Origin: Zygnema circumcarinatum SAG 698-1b
Lineage: Eukaryota > Plantae > Zygnematophyceae
Length of the DNA stretch: 64,000 nucleotides
Direction: 5' to 3'
NCBI GenBank assembly: GCA_037447605.1
Contig: CM074809.1
Coordinates: 1,726,689 to 1,790,688, forward strand
A program made the translations under genes and the position numbers. The notes under the pieces were generated by a model. It ran no database searches, was not told where the DNA came from, and was given only the letters and a program-made list of their open reading frames with translations. Positions 45,501 to 58,627 of this stretch are shown in pieces; position 1 is the stretch's first letter; each line of letters starts with the position of its first letter.

Positions 45501-48500
45501 CCCACTTGATCCTCTGTTTGCTGGCCCTTTTCTCCGTGTACATTCTTCCCCATCGCTGAATTTTCTTCCCTTGCATACATGTCCTGCTGTATCTGCCTCT
45601 CACTTTCACCCACGCTACCCTGGCCTCGTTCATCTGCTTGCTCTGTGTTCCCCTCCTCATCCTCGTTGTCACTACCATAGTTCGCCAAGCCCAGCACATT
45701 TCCAGTTTTGGAACTAACATTGCCGCTGTCTTTGTCCTCTGGTTTGCGCTCTACTGTCTTGACAACTCGGCCCATCTGTTTCTTTGGAGATACCCACTCG
45801 GGCTGTGGCGACACTACTGCTACTTTTGAGTTCGCATGCACAGATGTGCTTCTGTCTTCTGACAAAGTTGGTGAGGAGGGTGACTGGTTTTTCCTTCGAA
45901 CTGCAAGCAAGTTTCACCCCCCTAAACCTCGTCATGCACCCGGACAAAATGTGAACTCAAACGTAACTTGCAAAAAATGTCGTGGTTTTTCTCAAATTTA
46001 TTCAATTTTAGTTCTATTCAAACTCACAAATGCAAGAACTGCAATCGTCCCTCGAAATATTTATGTCTGAACAAGAAGGTCTCGGCATTTTGTTGGTTTT
46101 CTATTGATGATTCTGCACTGCCACTTAATGGACATAACCATGTTCTAAATTGCTGGTTCTATAGCATAAAATCGCATTACAAACAGCCATGCTCAGTATC
46201 CGGATAGTGACATCATGCAAGCACTTTCGGGTGCTGGGTGCACAACACAACATGCTGTTTGAGAACATTTCAAGAACCCTTCACACTCCGCATTCTCCAT
46301 TCCTCTTACCCAATGACTTCTCCTCGCCTTCGTCCTCGTCAAGTTGCTCTTCGTCATACACTTCATTGGCAATCTCCTCGAACAGCTCATCTGTCACCTG
46401 CTAAAACCTCACCTTTAAGCTCAATAACCGCATGTGGTGCTCTAATGTGTAATGCAGCAATGCTATAAACTGAAAAGACAACACTGATATAAACTTGTCT
46501 GGTCAATGCCATAAATGATCCAGTAAGTTTCACCACTTGAGGTGGAGCAAGAATTGAATCAAGGGAGACACCAGAAACGTGAGCTAGTGCTGCAAGGGCA
46601 TCAACAACATCACCTCTAAATGCCTTCTATGAGATCCATTTCATCTTACCCAATGAAGAGACCGCTTCACCACAGTCGAACACAGGAAATTCGTAACAGT
46701 GACTGCACTTGGAATGTAAGCATGCATGAGGAACATTACCTTGAGAAGAATTTCAGTTAGAATTCGCTTGATCTCCAAATTCATGGCTTGCTGCCTCTCT
46801 GCCTCCGCCTCGTCCTAAGGCCCGACATGCAACCATACCATCAAGATTGAGAACAGCGCGTTTGACATGCTCGGTACACACAGCATATACTCTACAGAAG
46901 GTTACTTGAGCATTCACGTAAGTATGCTAAACAGAGACGACCATGGTGGAGAAGGCTGCTGTTCGTGAGAAAATCACGTTCGTGAATGTTCGTGAATGTT
47001 CGTGAATCCATCAGACGAAAACTGGCCAGTCTTTCATGGTATTCGATCGGTAAGAAGCAAAAAGCATTATCAGCCTTGTCCATACCCACCTCATCTTCAC
47101 CACCACTGGCATCAGAATCAGACTCCTTCCGATATTTCTTTCCCTCTCCCTTTGCATCAGCTGACACTTCTTCTCCAGTGGGCGATGCACTTCTCGCCGA
47201 CGCGGTAGCTTCTGCTGTGGCTTTCTTCTTCTTTATTTCTTCTATTAGCCACGAAGGGAGCGCGGCCTGATTGCCAACATACAATGCCCCGTCTTTACCA
47301 TAAAGATTCAGATCATCCATGACATCTAATCTTTGGTACATTCCAAACCTAGATTTGGTGCCAACATGATGTATGACAAAGTCAATAGCTTTGCCTCAAA
47401 CAACTATGTATTATACGACGTGAACTACTACAGAGTCCGGTAGGCAAGCATGTAAGCAAATACTCTCCCACAAAACGTACCCGTTTTGGGCCGCGCTGCA
47501 TCTCCAGATCATGTGGGTCTGTCATGAACTCTGGGCGCATAAAGCTCATGTCGGGTGCGAGTGGGATTCCTTCTCCATAACCAAATGCACCCATGACGTG
47601 AGCCCCGGGCCCTTGATAACTGGGAACAAAACCTGACGAATTCATTGGTGGCGCTGGGATGGCAGCTGGCAAGGGCTGCGAACCAGAAAATGCCCAAGAA
47701 TATTACAAACCATTTACCTTGTCAGAACAACAAGGTTTTCAGGTTTCTGTCGAAAACTGTGCAGAAATGACCTCATGAAACATTGAAGTAGTGCATTTAC
47801 TACCTCGAAATCAAGTCGTAGACAATTCCATAACGACACAGCAAGGTTTGAGAATGTTAGCAGTGAACGACTTCAACGATGATATCAAATTCTTTCATGT
47901 ACAGAAGAAAAGGACGAGTTAGAGAATGACACAGATCTTCCACGATGTTGCATGCCCCACATCGTCCTCGCAATTGTTTCTCAAAAAAGCCTAAGAGAGA
48001 ACATTCTTGCCAGAAAATTGCCAAGCCAGCGTACATCTCAAGGCCAGCCTATAGGCATAAATAGATCCCAAACTCCTTGAGACCCTGTCCTTGAATAAAT
48101 GAACTTAGAAATGATCAAATAATGATACCTTTACTTTTTCTGCTTCTTTGGTAATCTAGCCGCTGTATGAGTAAAGGGGATTGTATATGTTCAAGCTGTC
48201 TTGAGCACTGTAAGCTCATAATGCTCTCCGAGGGTTTAAGGAAGGTGAAGCAGCAGGAAGATGCGTGTACCATATGCTGCTGAGGCATTCCTGACGTATA
48301 CCCACCCGGAGCCCATCCAGGAGGGGGGCCGCCGGAGCCTCCCCCTTCATGTGCAATAGAATTTCCGATTGGAGGTCGGGCCCGCAAAAGAGGGGGTGGT
48401 GGAAGTAGCACTCCGGGTTGTTGGAACGGCCCTGCCTGCAGCTGCCCCTCAGGCTGAAACTGCTGATAGTGCAGGGCAAATTGATGTTGTTGATCGCCTT

Positions 48501-50880
48501 GTTGGCTTGGTTCCATTTGATGTGAATGATGGTGATGGGGAGGTGGAGGCTGATGCATGGAGGGCTGAAAGGTCCCGGGCGGAGGCTGCTGGTAATCCTG
48601 ACCACCGTGATGATTGTGGCCATAATCTTGGGCTGGGAAACCATAAGGCTGAGAGGATACTGGGGGAGGGTATGGAACTTGCGATGGAGGCGGGCCAGGG
48701 GGGCGAGGAGGTAAAGAATCTGAGGCTGCAGGTCCATGAGACTCAACTACAATAATACACCCACAATACGCGGCAACTTCAGCGAGACAACGCTTGGCCA
48801 GTAGGCCTACTCCTTGACAGCTAAGCAGAGAGAATGAAAACATTTGCACTATATGTAAAGGTAGGCTATTGCTTTTCAACCGGAGTTAAAAGCCTCAGGT
48901 CGAGTGTCCACAAATTGAATTCATAAAACCAGGACCGACAGCATCACCGATACAATTTCTCACAGAACTTGTTCGAACACTTACAAGAGTTAAGGCCTGA
49001 CTCGGGCCTTGGTGCAGGCGTCTGTTCAGCCACAGCTACTGATGGGGGTCCACCAGGAGGTGGCGGAATTGATGTCTCCCAAGAGAAATCTGACGGCTCT
49101 GACATCCCATGAGCATCCGCCATTTGCTGCAAATTTCCTCGGTCTTGCTTCTGAAAGTGTGCTGCTTGTTGATGTTGCTGCTGCTGCTGCCAGCTCGCTA
49201 TCTCCTCTTGCTGTCGAGTTGATGGCATGTTGAAGGCAGCGAACGGATCAACTCCTCCCTGAGGTCGACCACCTCTGTCAACTTCCGCTCGATTTTGGGC
49301 TTCCTGGGCAGCTTTTGCTTCAGCCCACTGTCGAGCCTTAGCGGCCCAATCTGGTGTAGCTTCAGCAGAAGGTCCGTATCCTGCAGCTGCAAACACAACC
49401 ACCAGGCTTGTTGGTGGAAAGCTGCAAAAAACTTGTATAGGGGTGTCACTTGCATCAAACTCGGACCTAGGAGAAACTCAAGTTGTAAAACTACAAGTGG
49501 GCTTGACCAACTCTACCTAGAATGAAATATAGCTTCCTCACCATCACCATAATGGAAATCATAATGTACAAAAGGGAACTTAAGTCCAAACCTTGATTGG
49601 AAAACTGGTGCTGCTGCTGATGGTGCTGCGAAGCCCACTCACTACCAACGCCCCAACTCTGATAATACGAACAGCCATATTGGTATACATAAGTGTTAAG
49701 GATAAGACTTAGAGCTATATTTGATTAAGCAACGTCCTGTGCAAGTAGGAGGAAAGGAAAAGGATGAGGGAGGAAAGAGAATATAGAGGCAGTATATAAG
49801 AAACAAAAAGGCAGACCATGAAGGCCAGCGTGAGAGAAGATCAACGACAAGATCAAAGAGAAGGAATTAGTAGATAGAAACGATAGGAAGGAGCAACAGA
49901 GAACTGGAAACGAAGGCAGATGGGGAAAAAAACAGTGAAAAAGACGGAAAACAAGAGGCTTGACAGAGCTGAAGACAAATAAAATAAATGATGGATAAAG
50001 AAGAAAGGGAAAAGGAGAGGGTGGACGGAACAGGAGAGAAGATCAGAGGAAAATACTAAACAGAATGAAAGGGACAGTGGATAAAGGAAAGGCAACGAAT
50101 ACAGTAGAGTTAAAAAAGGAAAAGGAGAAAATGAGAAAGACGGGAAAGAGATGAAAAACGGCGAAGAAGGGAGCAGAAAGCAGTGAAAGAGTCAAATCTC
50201 CAATTAAATAAATAGGAGATACACGACCAGACATAGTTATGAGCTTTATGCACGATTGAGTCAAACCTCAGCCGATTCCTATACCGAAATTGTGTTTCTG
50301 ACACTTAAAACGACAAAACCGCCAGTTAAGTCATTGTTTTCGCTTCTCACTCGCGGCTTTACGTCTCAATTAGGGTTCTTACTACTCTTGATGATACACT
50401 ACCTCAGTATAAAAGTAAATCTGGCTAATTTAACCTCCATTCAAACAGCAGGATTCCGCAGAAACAGACACAAGAATTCGTACGTGGCCGGCAACATGCA
50501 GCAGGTAAAATAAGGCCCCTTGCCTATTCACACATGCCTTCTGAAACTGCTGCTTTCAACTCTGTAGTTGCATTGGGGATGCGAGGCAGTTCATGGTGCT
50601 GGAATACCTGCTGGTGTGAGCCATAAGAGTTCTGTGGAGGCATATATTGACGCGGAGGATAGTACTCCGGATGGCCATACTGCTGCGGTCCGTTATGCCA
50701 TGCCTCCTGCTGCTGCTGCTGCTGCTGCTGCTCTGCATGATGATGTCCTCCCATTGCATGGCCTTCAGAGTACCACCGCCCTGGCGGCCCGACGTCCGGC
50801 GGCCTCTGCGGGCCTCCCACGGAAGGGAGCGGCGCTAAAGGAGGCGCGTCCTGCTGACCTGCATGCTGATTGTCGGCCAT
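42592..50880 (-). CDS. PNISR: PNISR (PNN-interacting serine/arginine-rich, SFRS18)-like splicing-associated protein; multi-exon
   Basis: Q/P-rich N-terminus MADNQHAGQQDAPP; DWAAKARQWAEAKAAQ (~49300-49350); LPSWLIEEIKKKK (~47230-47270); QAMNLEIKRILTEILLK|VTDELFEEIANEVYDEE (~46740-46800, ~46340-46400); a ~660 aa K/E/R/D-rich exon (43928-45910) ending RRRSRSPSDSSPETR; RS exon SHRRSPSRSRSMSPRSSA (~43562-43638); terminal RNRENNVEKHRRSDSPNRKRPRS* (42592-42661). Confidence 0.85.
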
Positions 50881-51323
50881 GGCTGCCGCGCCCGCCCGCT
50901 CACGCAGCAAGGGCGAGGACGAGGGGAGGCATCGGGGCGAGGCGGCGGACGGCCATGGCCATGGACGGCGGGCGGGCTTGCACGGAGCCGCAGTTAGCCG
51001 TTGAACCGACGCTATCCTGTTCTATGGCGCGACTACAAGACATAGAACGTTGTCCCAGTGCAACTGGCGAGGGTAACTAGCGCACATGTGAATCCGTTGA
51101 CTTGAGAACCCATGGTTCGTCGATGGAGATCACATAGTTCCTAACTCTGACTAGTCACTAACTACAAAGGGAACTTAGTCGTTTGTAAAGTCATTAGTCA
51201 AATTCTAAGTCCAGTATGTAGTCTAGTCATCTGACACCCACGCGGCGCCGTTGCGGCCCCCTCGCTGAGCCACGTGGCGCCACGACGGTTCAAACTTCGC
51301 CACGACTCTCCGTCGTTGACTTT

Positions 51324-51766
51324 GGGTCAGTTTCCATCAGCCCGTTTCGTAACGAGCTCATTACGGTCCACGTAGGACGCCGTTTTGCAGATAAAATGAC
51401 GAGTTCCATCAAAACGCCGTTTTCCAATCAGCGATCGCCACGTGCACGATTTGAAGCGTCCGCCGTGGCCCACGTGCGGTTACCGTACGCGCGTCGCTGC
51501 CGACAGTTTTTTAGGGTTTGCAGGAGGCTTCCAGCCAGCGTGGCAGTCGCACGCTGCCGGATCTTTGGTAGCCACGTGGCGGCACGCGAATGGTCGTAAT
51601 GGCGTTACACCCCTTCCTCCGGACCGTCCTGGGGAACGGTGCCTCGTTACCACGTGGCAGCCACGTCGGCGCCACGTTGGCGAAAACGGCCTCATGGAAC
51701 CCATGGCCATGGGTCGTCGTCCATTACGACGCCACGTCGGAATAACGGGCTGATGGAAACTGACCC
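51324..51766. mobile_element. 443 bp MITE-like element with 23 bp TIRs (PIF/Harbinger Tourist-like termini), rich in GCCACGT motifs
   Basis: Perfect TIR GGGTCAGTTTCCATCAGCCCGTT (51324-51346) / AACGGGCTGATGGAAACTGACCC (51744-51766). Flanking 3-mers TTT and TTG match only 2/3, so the TSD is not clean. Confidence 0.65.
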
Positions 51767-53100
51767 TTGCCAAAACGACAAAAAGTGTGCCGTCACCCCG
51801 CCGCGGGGCTCCGCCTTGTGCGCCCTCACTGACTGACCTTGACCGACCGCGGGCCGCGGGAGGCTGCCACGTGGCCCGGACGTCGTCGTCCAGAAAGCCG
51901 CCCGGGACGGCCTCGCCCTCACACGCAGGGGCCGGAAGGGAAGGGGCGCCCCGCAGGGCAGGCCATGGCGGGGAAGGAACGGCACTCTTTTGGGTGGGTC
52001 CGTAACTCCATTGCTCAACAAGCGGAGGCGGCATCCCCAACCCCAAGCTGGCTTGGCTCAGCACAAGATACTCCCTGGGTTCTGGAGGCATCCTATTTTC
52101 TCAATATCCTGAGTTGTATGACTAACTTTACCTTCATGTTACACGTAGACTTGTTTCCCTTCTTACGCTGTGTCGGTCTCTCAATCAGTGCCGAGTTTGG
52201 TTGCGGCTGTCTCTCATTTGTATATGCAACTCGGCCGCATTCGACTGGTGATGATAAATGCAATCTGCTGGTTCTTGGGCTGCTACGCTTTATCACATTG
52301 CATTGCTTTGTCAGAACGTGGTCTCTTCCACGTGCGCACAAGCCATCTGAAGGATGCGCAGACTTGTACCATAACCACCTCGAGCCACAAACATTCACCA
52401 AACCTTAATCAAATCTGCTGTGACTTTCAAAACGTCGGAGCCTAATTGTGGCCGGTAAGATGTTCGTTAAGGCGGCAAGCGCGGCTGAAATACTTTGAAC
52501 ATCAAAGCGGGAAGGAGGCCTTTATGTGAGGGAGGCAAGGGAGCTGGGAAGTCAGATTGGTAAGGCCTGTTCCAGCCATTCTTTTGCTTTTTTTAATTGT
52601 TTTAATTACACCTCAAGAGGCCCGGGGCTAATCCCCGGCCGTCCCTCTTCACCCCAATGCACCAAGAGGTTATGAGCCCATTGTCTCAGGAAATGGTACA
52701 ATGAGCCCAGAAAATATATGAAAGACTAATGACCTAAATACAAAAGAATGCTGATATAACTAACATTACGCCTTTCCAACACTTCCGCAGAAATAATCAA
52801 AGTGGTCGAGAATCTAGCCATTTCTTTCACACCGTGAAGGAACTAACTAACTCGCTAAAAATTTTGCAAACCCACAAGCGCTTGGTTTCTTCGGTGCAGC
52901 AATTAAATGGGTTCTAACTGGCTCTTCCCTCAAACAGCAGTAGCTTCTTCAGAAGATGTTTCTTCGACATCATCTGGAGAAAGTTGAACGATCATGGTAG
53001 CAGAACTTACCATTCTGCTTTCACCAATGTGAGCTGTGACGAACTGTGTCTGCACATGTTGGCACATGCTTTTGTGCCTCAAAACAGAAACAAATGATCT

Positions 53101-56100
53101 TCAATTTGCCTGTGCAATCGACAGGAGAAGGTCTCGAAATGGCGGGTAAGTGACTGCCAACACACTGAGGGTTCCCTTCAAAGCCAAAGTCAAGCCGGCC
53201 ACTGCACCCACCCGCCAAGGCCCCCACCAATCATCCAAAGTCACTCCTTTTTGTCAAGGGATTCGGCTTTCAATGACACATCATCGTTTGGAACCGAAGC
53301 AAAACAATGACATCCTCCTTCCTATATAGGCATTACAAGTGTTCCAGAATTGAGCAAACTTTTTTGCTTTCTTTTCTGCGCGTACAAATCAATTGCCCCC
53401 CTAAATGCACTTGTACAGCGAAGACTAGGGAGATTGCAAAATTCAAGTCTTGCTTTTAAAGTATGCTTTTCAGGATATTCTGAGTTTCTCAGAAACAAAC
53501 ACTCACCTGCAGCAGCCTGTGGTTCATCCACAGCCTGAGCAAGTTCCATGCCACCCCCCACCCATACAAGTTGGAACGTCAATGGAATTTCCTTGCCCTT
53601 GTGCAGTTAAATGCAATGTGTCTGGCAATCACAGAAGCAACAAAGCTAAACCAGTCAGCTTCTCGACCCCTTAATCAACGCAGAACACTGTTGCCAATCA
53701 TCACGTGTCACATTCGCAGAAGATGATGTGCACCCTTTAACAGAGTTAATACGCCCTATGAACGTTCATGGTGCAAGGGGTTTGTCTTACAATAGCCGAT
53801 GCCCCAAGAGTGTGCGATGAAGCACCAACAGCCATGCCTCGGGAAACAGCTCCGTCCACCTGCAATTCATTTGTGTCGAAAAAATGTCAAGCGACATTCA
53901 CGAGCCAAAACTCGATGCCTCAATTGATCTCCAATGCATTAAACCAGAGTCTTAGCTTGGATACAGTCACTAGCCATCACGTTTTCTAACCAGTAGACCC
54001 ATTCTCCAACTACACTAAAAAAAGATTAAGAATCAAGTATCAGGCCGGTCGTCATTATGCAACAACTAAAATAGTTTGGGCTTGTAATCATGTCAAAACC
54101 TGACTGGGTTACTGATGGTTATCATAAAAAGAAGGGCCCGACCTGCCCGCAACAGCCAACGACGGTTTCTTGGATCCGCTAACTTGTTTCCATGTGAGTT
54201 TTAGGACTCTGGCAGTGTCACCAATAGGAACATGACACGCCCTACGCTTTCGACGTGAGAACAGGCTCGTAAGCAGATAGAACTAGGTGGTGTTACGGAA
54301 GATGGGCTGAATCAACAGAGAGGCATGATTCTGAGGTTTTAAGGTTGACAGTGCTACACAATCTTCCCCCGTAGAACGACTGCACGATCTCAATGTAAGG
54401 AACCATGCCTCCCCCCTTACAACCATGCCACGTTTGTCAAAGCCAAGACAATCTCATAAACAATCATCCTTCTGCATTTCCTGAGTTTCCCTTAGAGATG
54501 CAATGCAATATTCACCTTCCAGTGGGCCATTAGCTGCCGAGCTGTGCTGATGCCCGCTGTTCCCGCGATCGTGACGCCTGCAACTACGAGTCCCCGGTTG
54601 GCTTGCAGAAGTGGGACCATTTCAAAGGCGAGGCCGAGTGTTGTCTGCAAACGTAGGTGTTTCAGGCAGAGTCTCAGCTTATCGGCACCCTTTTTGGCAA
54701 GTGTGATCAGCTCGCTCTCTCATCATAGAGCCTTTTGCTTAGAAGGTTGAAAAATATTCGGAGAAAAAGGTCGAAAAAATCCAAGTCATAACCTCAATAT
54801 TCAACGCATGCTCGGAATTGTTTTGTCAAAGCTTAAGGCAGGTGGTGGCGTGCTTTTTCTGGGCAGTAATCTGCTCTGGAAATGGTAAAAGGGAAGGACC
54901 CTATTCTTCTCTTCCTGCAGCCCTTTGTCAAAGTTCACTGAAGCTCACCGTGGCAGGCACAAGCGACAGTGTCATCACCGGACTCGCCCCAAGAAGGCGT
55001 CCAATCACAGCTGTGGCGACCAGTCCACTGCAGAATTCAGCCGAATGACAATCAGCCATTTCTAGAACTGCCTTCCTTTTCAACGTCATACATCCATCGC
55101 CCTGCTATGTTACAAGTGACTTTTATGGAAAAAAAGTAAGCGAATTATTCGTGAACAAACTGAAAACGCCAACAATAGATACAACAAACTTGAGGAGACG
55201 TCCAAAATTTCTGGTTGGATTCTCATTTATTGAACAGCCCCTTCCAAGGAATCGGTAAGAGCGGGCAGTCTCACCTCGGAACAATGACGACGCAGGCGAG
55301 CAACAACTGCAGCACTGACTTCTGCAGCAGCTCACGCTGAGTATGCACCTGCCTCAGACGCGACCTCCAGCCATCCATCCCCAAAGTTAGGGCTACAATG
55401 CGATGATAGACAGACATAACGATGAACTAAAGCAGAGAAAGGGGAGGGGAAAACAAGTAAAACAAGAGGAGGCTGGACATGGATTGTCAGCCAAGCAGTT
55501 CGCAGCAAACAGATGGGAAGTGCACCTTAAAACCAAGAGCGGCAACAGCCGGCCCAATAAGCGCTGCCAGAATAGCCCCTGGAAGTGAAGGCAAAGGTCC
55601 TATAAGTCAGACATCCTTTGATTCCTTCCAATTAAGAGGGACTACACGCTGTTTTCCCCCTATTGCTCTCACTTTGATTCACTAAGAAACTATCAGATGG
55701 CACATGCACATCGCTCCCAGGAGCATGCTGTCCTATTCATCTCCCTTGCCCACTCTCGCCTGCCCTGCAATCTCGTCGGATAACTTCTGAAAAATGGAAT
55801 GCCAATCTACCTGCTCCCTCTTTGTACAGTCTGATGCCGAGCCTCCATGAAGACAGGGTGGTAGAACTGTAAGCTGCACAGAGAGCTGCAATTGTTGTTC
55901 CAGCTACAACTGTAGGGCTCAGCCATTTTCGGACGTGGGGGGGTAACCTGCAGCACCGGCCGCACCCCTTCAGCTCCCATTCCACGAATCCTTGCATGAA
56001 CCGAAATGGCATTAATGGCACTCTTGCCTTTCCTCTCTCGGAAGGCAAGGGAAAAGATAAAGCATCTATAAATCCCAAGTTGCGAGACCATCTAGCAAGT

Positions 56101-58627
56101 ACCCAACTCGCCTCACCTCTTGGCATTTGTGAAGAGGCCAATCGTCAGCAAAAGAAAGCCCGGTATCATCTGCCAACAGGTGGGCATCAGAGACATCGGA
56201 ACATTAAATAGCGCTCTTGTGAAAAGCTTCATCCCTACAAAATATGGAAAGGCGCACACTCAGTCAGATGGACCCGGGATCGGCTTCCACTGTTGTTGAG
56301 AAACTGCTGACACTTCAACCAGTGGCTGCACAGGCTTCAAATAGCAGTTTCACTCTACTTCACATGCGAAACTATAGCCGGACTCCTTGTCGAGCTTCTC
56401 ACCAATGCCGAATTGCTCTGTGTGCTGGGTATGAGGAGAAGAGGGGCCAACAGAGCAGTTCCTGCGAGCAGGGCCGCCTCTGGCAGCAGTGAGGGTTCGG
56501 GCGCTAACCTCTTCGTCAACAGTGAAGGCTGTAACATGTGCCAAGGACCCCTTCCGTATCAGCACACACAATTAATTTCAACTCTCTTGAAATCGATTTC
56601 AGCTCTCGTACTTGTGCCACATCTCTATAGCTGACAGTAGCTTCAGGACATGCTTCCTAGAAGTGCTAAGCAGTTGCGCTTTCTTTTTCCCCCTTCCATT
56701 TGACATACTCACCTGCTTCATATTGGATACGGCTTTGTAACTCTCCTCCACGTCAGCCACAGGCCTCACTTGTGCTGCTACACTGCCATTATTGCTCTGC
56801 TGAGAACCCATGAGATGCTCTATTGCGGCTACGAGCTTGGCAGTGCCCCACAAATTGAACGCGTAGCTCGCGCCTGCCCTGCCCATAGAGATCACATCAA
56901 CAGCAACCAGGCCACCTTCGCAACTTGATAGAAAAGCCACGGAATAGCACACTCCTCTTCCCGTTCATGCCAAAACTTGCGTGGCACGTGCCTTTCACGC
57001 CGTATGCTGACACCCTGGAGACAATGACCAGTGCAACACGCCCTAGACATCTGCCGGGCAAACTTTGCAACACTTACCTAAGATTATCGCTCCTTTTATG
57101 ATATCAACGAGGGCAGTTGACGGCGCCAATACAATTCCTGCCTGAACCCACCAGAAACAGAAGGAAATCCGAGGTTGAGGAAAGGGAAGTCCAAGCATCC
57201 AATGGGAGTCAGTAAACCCATGTTTTCAACTTAGCAGGTTTAGACACAGTGTGTTCAGCAACAAACATCTAGCCAGTCGCTAGGCCACGGGCGAACCAAA
57301 ACGGTGAACACATGCAAACAAAACGCAGGAGATCGCCTGCGTTCAAGTAGCTAGTTCTCAGATTTTGCATAAAACGCTTTTAGGAGACATGACGAATAGA
57401 ACACTCACCACTGATGGAACAAAAAACATAGGAAGCCACGTGTCAAAGAAGGCAACCGCACCCGCATGGTAATCATACACTGCAAACGTTTGTCTGGAGC
57501 ATGAGTCAGCCTTTGGCAAGGCGAGGGAAGGCAAACCAAGGTGGGTGGAAGGGGGGGTGTGGGGGGCGATCAGTTTGTCCAGAGTAGGATTGCGGAAAAA
57601 AAATTGAGGAAAAGGGGAAGATGGTGTCTATTATTTGTCTCGTGGGCTTCAATGATAGGTTGGCCATGCCATGCATGTGCACAAACAGTGAAGCAACCAA
57701 GTGACTGCACACATGAATTGACTCACATTGGTGTGATAATGAATTATTGAGGGCCATGGTCACTCCGACAGCGGCAAGGACCAGAACGGGAGACGGACAT
57801 GGCAGTCCAAAGAACTGCACAGCTACTGCAGCCGCTCTTTCGACCCCGACCATCGTACATACCCCCCGCACCACTTCGCCTGTACACTCCATCCATACCA
57901 CCAGACAAACAATATCTATAAATTAGCAGATTTTTCTGTTAAGTTACCAACACGACCTTATCACAGTTACGTTGCAGCAATTGGTGCTCTTGGACGGCAA
58001 CGAATAAGCTGTTCTGATGTTTTCCGGGCTAATATTTTGCTTTCCTAAAAAGGAAATACTCGAATTTGTTTGAGTCTATATTTTTTGTGTTGGGTGGAGG
58101 TGTTATTAAGGCTCGGTTAAAATGTATGTGTCAAAGAAGCGGTATGACGTGCTACGCCATGCACAAGCCGTCCGGAACTAGTGGGAGATTTACAAAGAGA
58201 GAGAGGGCTGGAAAGCCACAACGTTCCGAACAGGAAAAGGAGCCGACATTTCACCAAATGAGAAATTTTCGACTCTCTCTGAAGCCTTCCATGTCTCCAG
58301 CGTTCGCTTTCCTTCATCCGTGCTCTTCGGCTCCTCTGAATTTTGAGAAGGATTGACCACGAAGCCTAGCTTCCCACCATATGCACCATCTGCAGCACGA
58401 GTGCGCACCAGTCGACCCCTACGCGTGGCTGCTCTCCGGAAAAGCTGCCTGCTACAGTTCTTCCCCCTGGAAAAGGAGTGCCTGCTCGACTGCATTGTGA
58501 CCTGTCGCTGCTCCAACTCGCGTCCATGCTCTTCTGAGCATGGCCTCGCGGAAGTGAAGCGGCAGCCATGGTCGAGAGTGCAGCTGAGTCCGCTTGTCGC
58601 AGCCATTGCTACCGCCATAGCCTGCAA
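53101..58627 (-). CDS. Plastid-targeted LrgA-LrgB fusion membrane protein, PLGG1 (glycolate/glycerate translocator)-like but strongly divergent; ~13 exons
   Basis: Transit-peptide-like exon 1 (MQAMAVAMAATSGLSC..LFRRAATRRGRLVRTRAA); LrgA-like GLPCPSPVLVLAAV and AGAVAFFDTWLPMFFVPSV (cf. RWLPLFYVPSL of PLGG1); LrgB-like GLVATAVIGRLLGASPVMTLSLVPAT|TTLGLAFEMVPLL..VDGAVSRGMAVGASSHTLGASAI|AVDEPQAAA|VAGLTLALKGTLSVLAVTYPPFRDLLLSIAQAN* (stop 53101-53103). Confidence 0.8.

Noticed and set aside
44187-45509. 440 aa S/L/F-rich + strand ORF (and overlapping shorter ORFs)
   Set aside because: Antisense shadow of the purine-rich K/E/R exon of PNISR; stop-free only because of composition.
49740-50220. Purine/A-rich tract (also 26760-27070) giving F/L/S-rich pseudo-transmembrane ORFs on the minus strand
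   Set aside because: Low-complexity intronic or intergenic sequence; no element boundaries could be defined.
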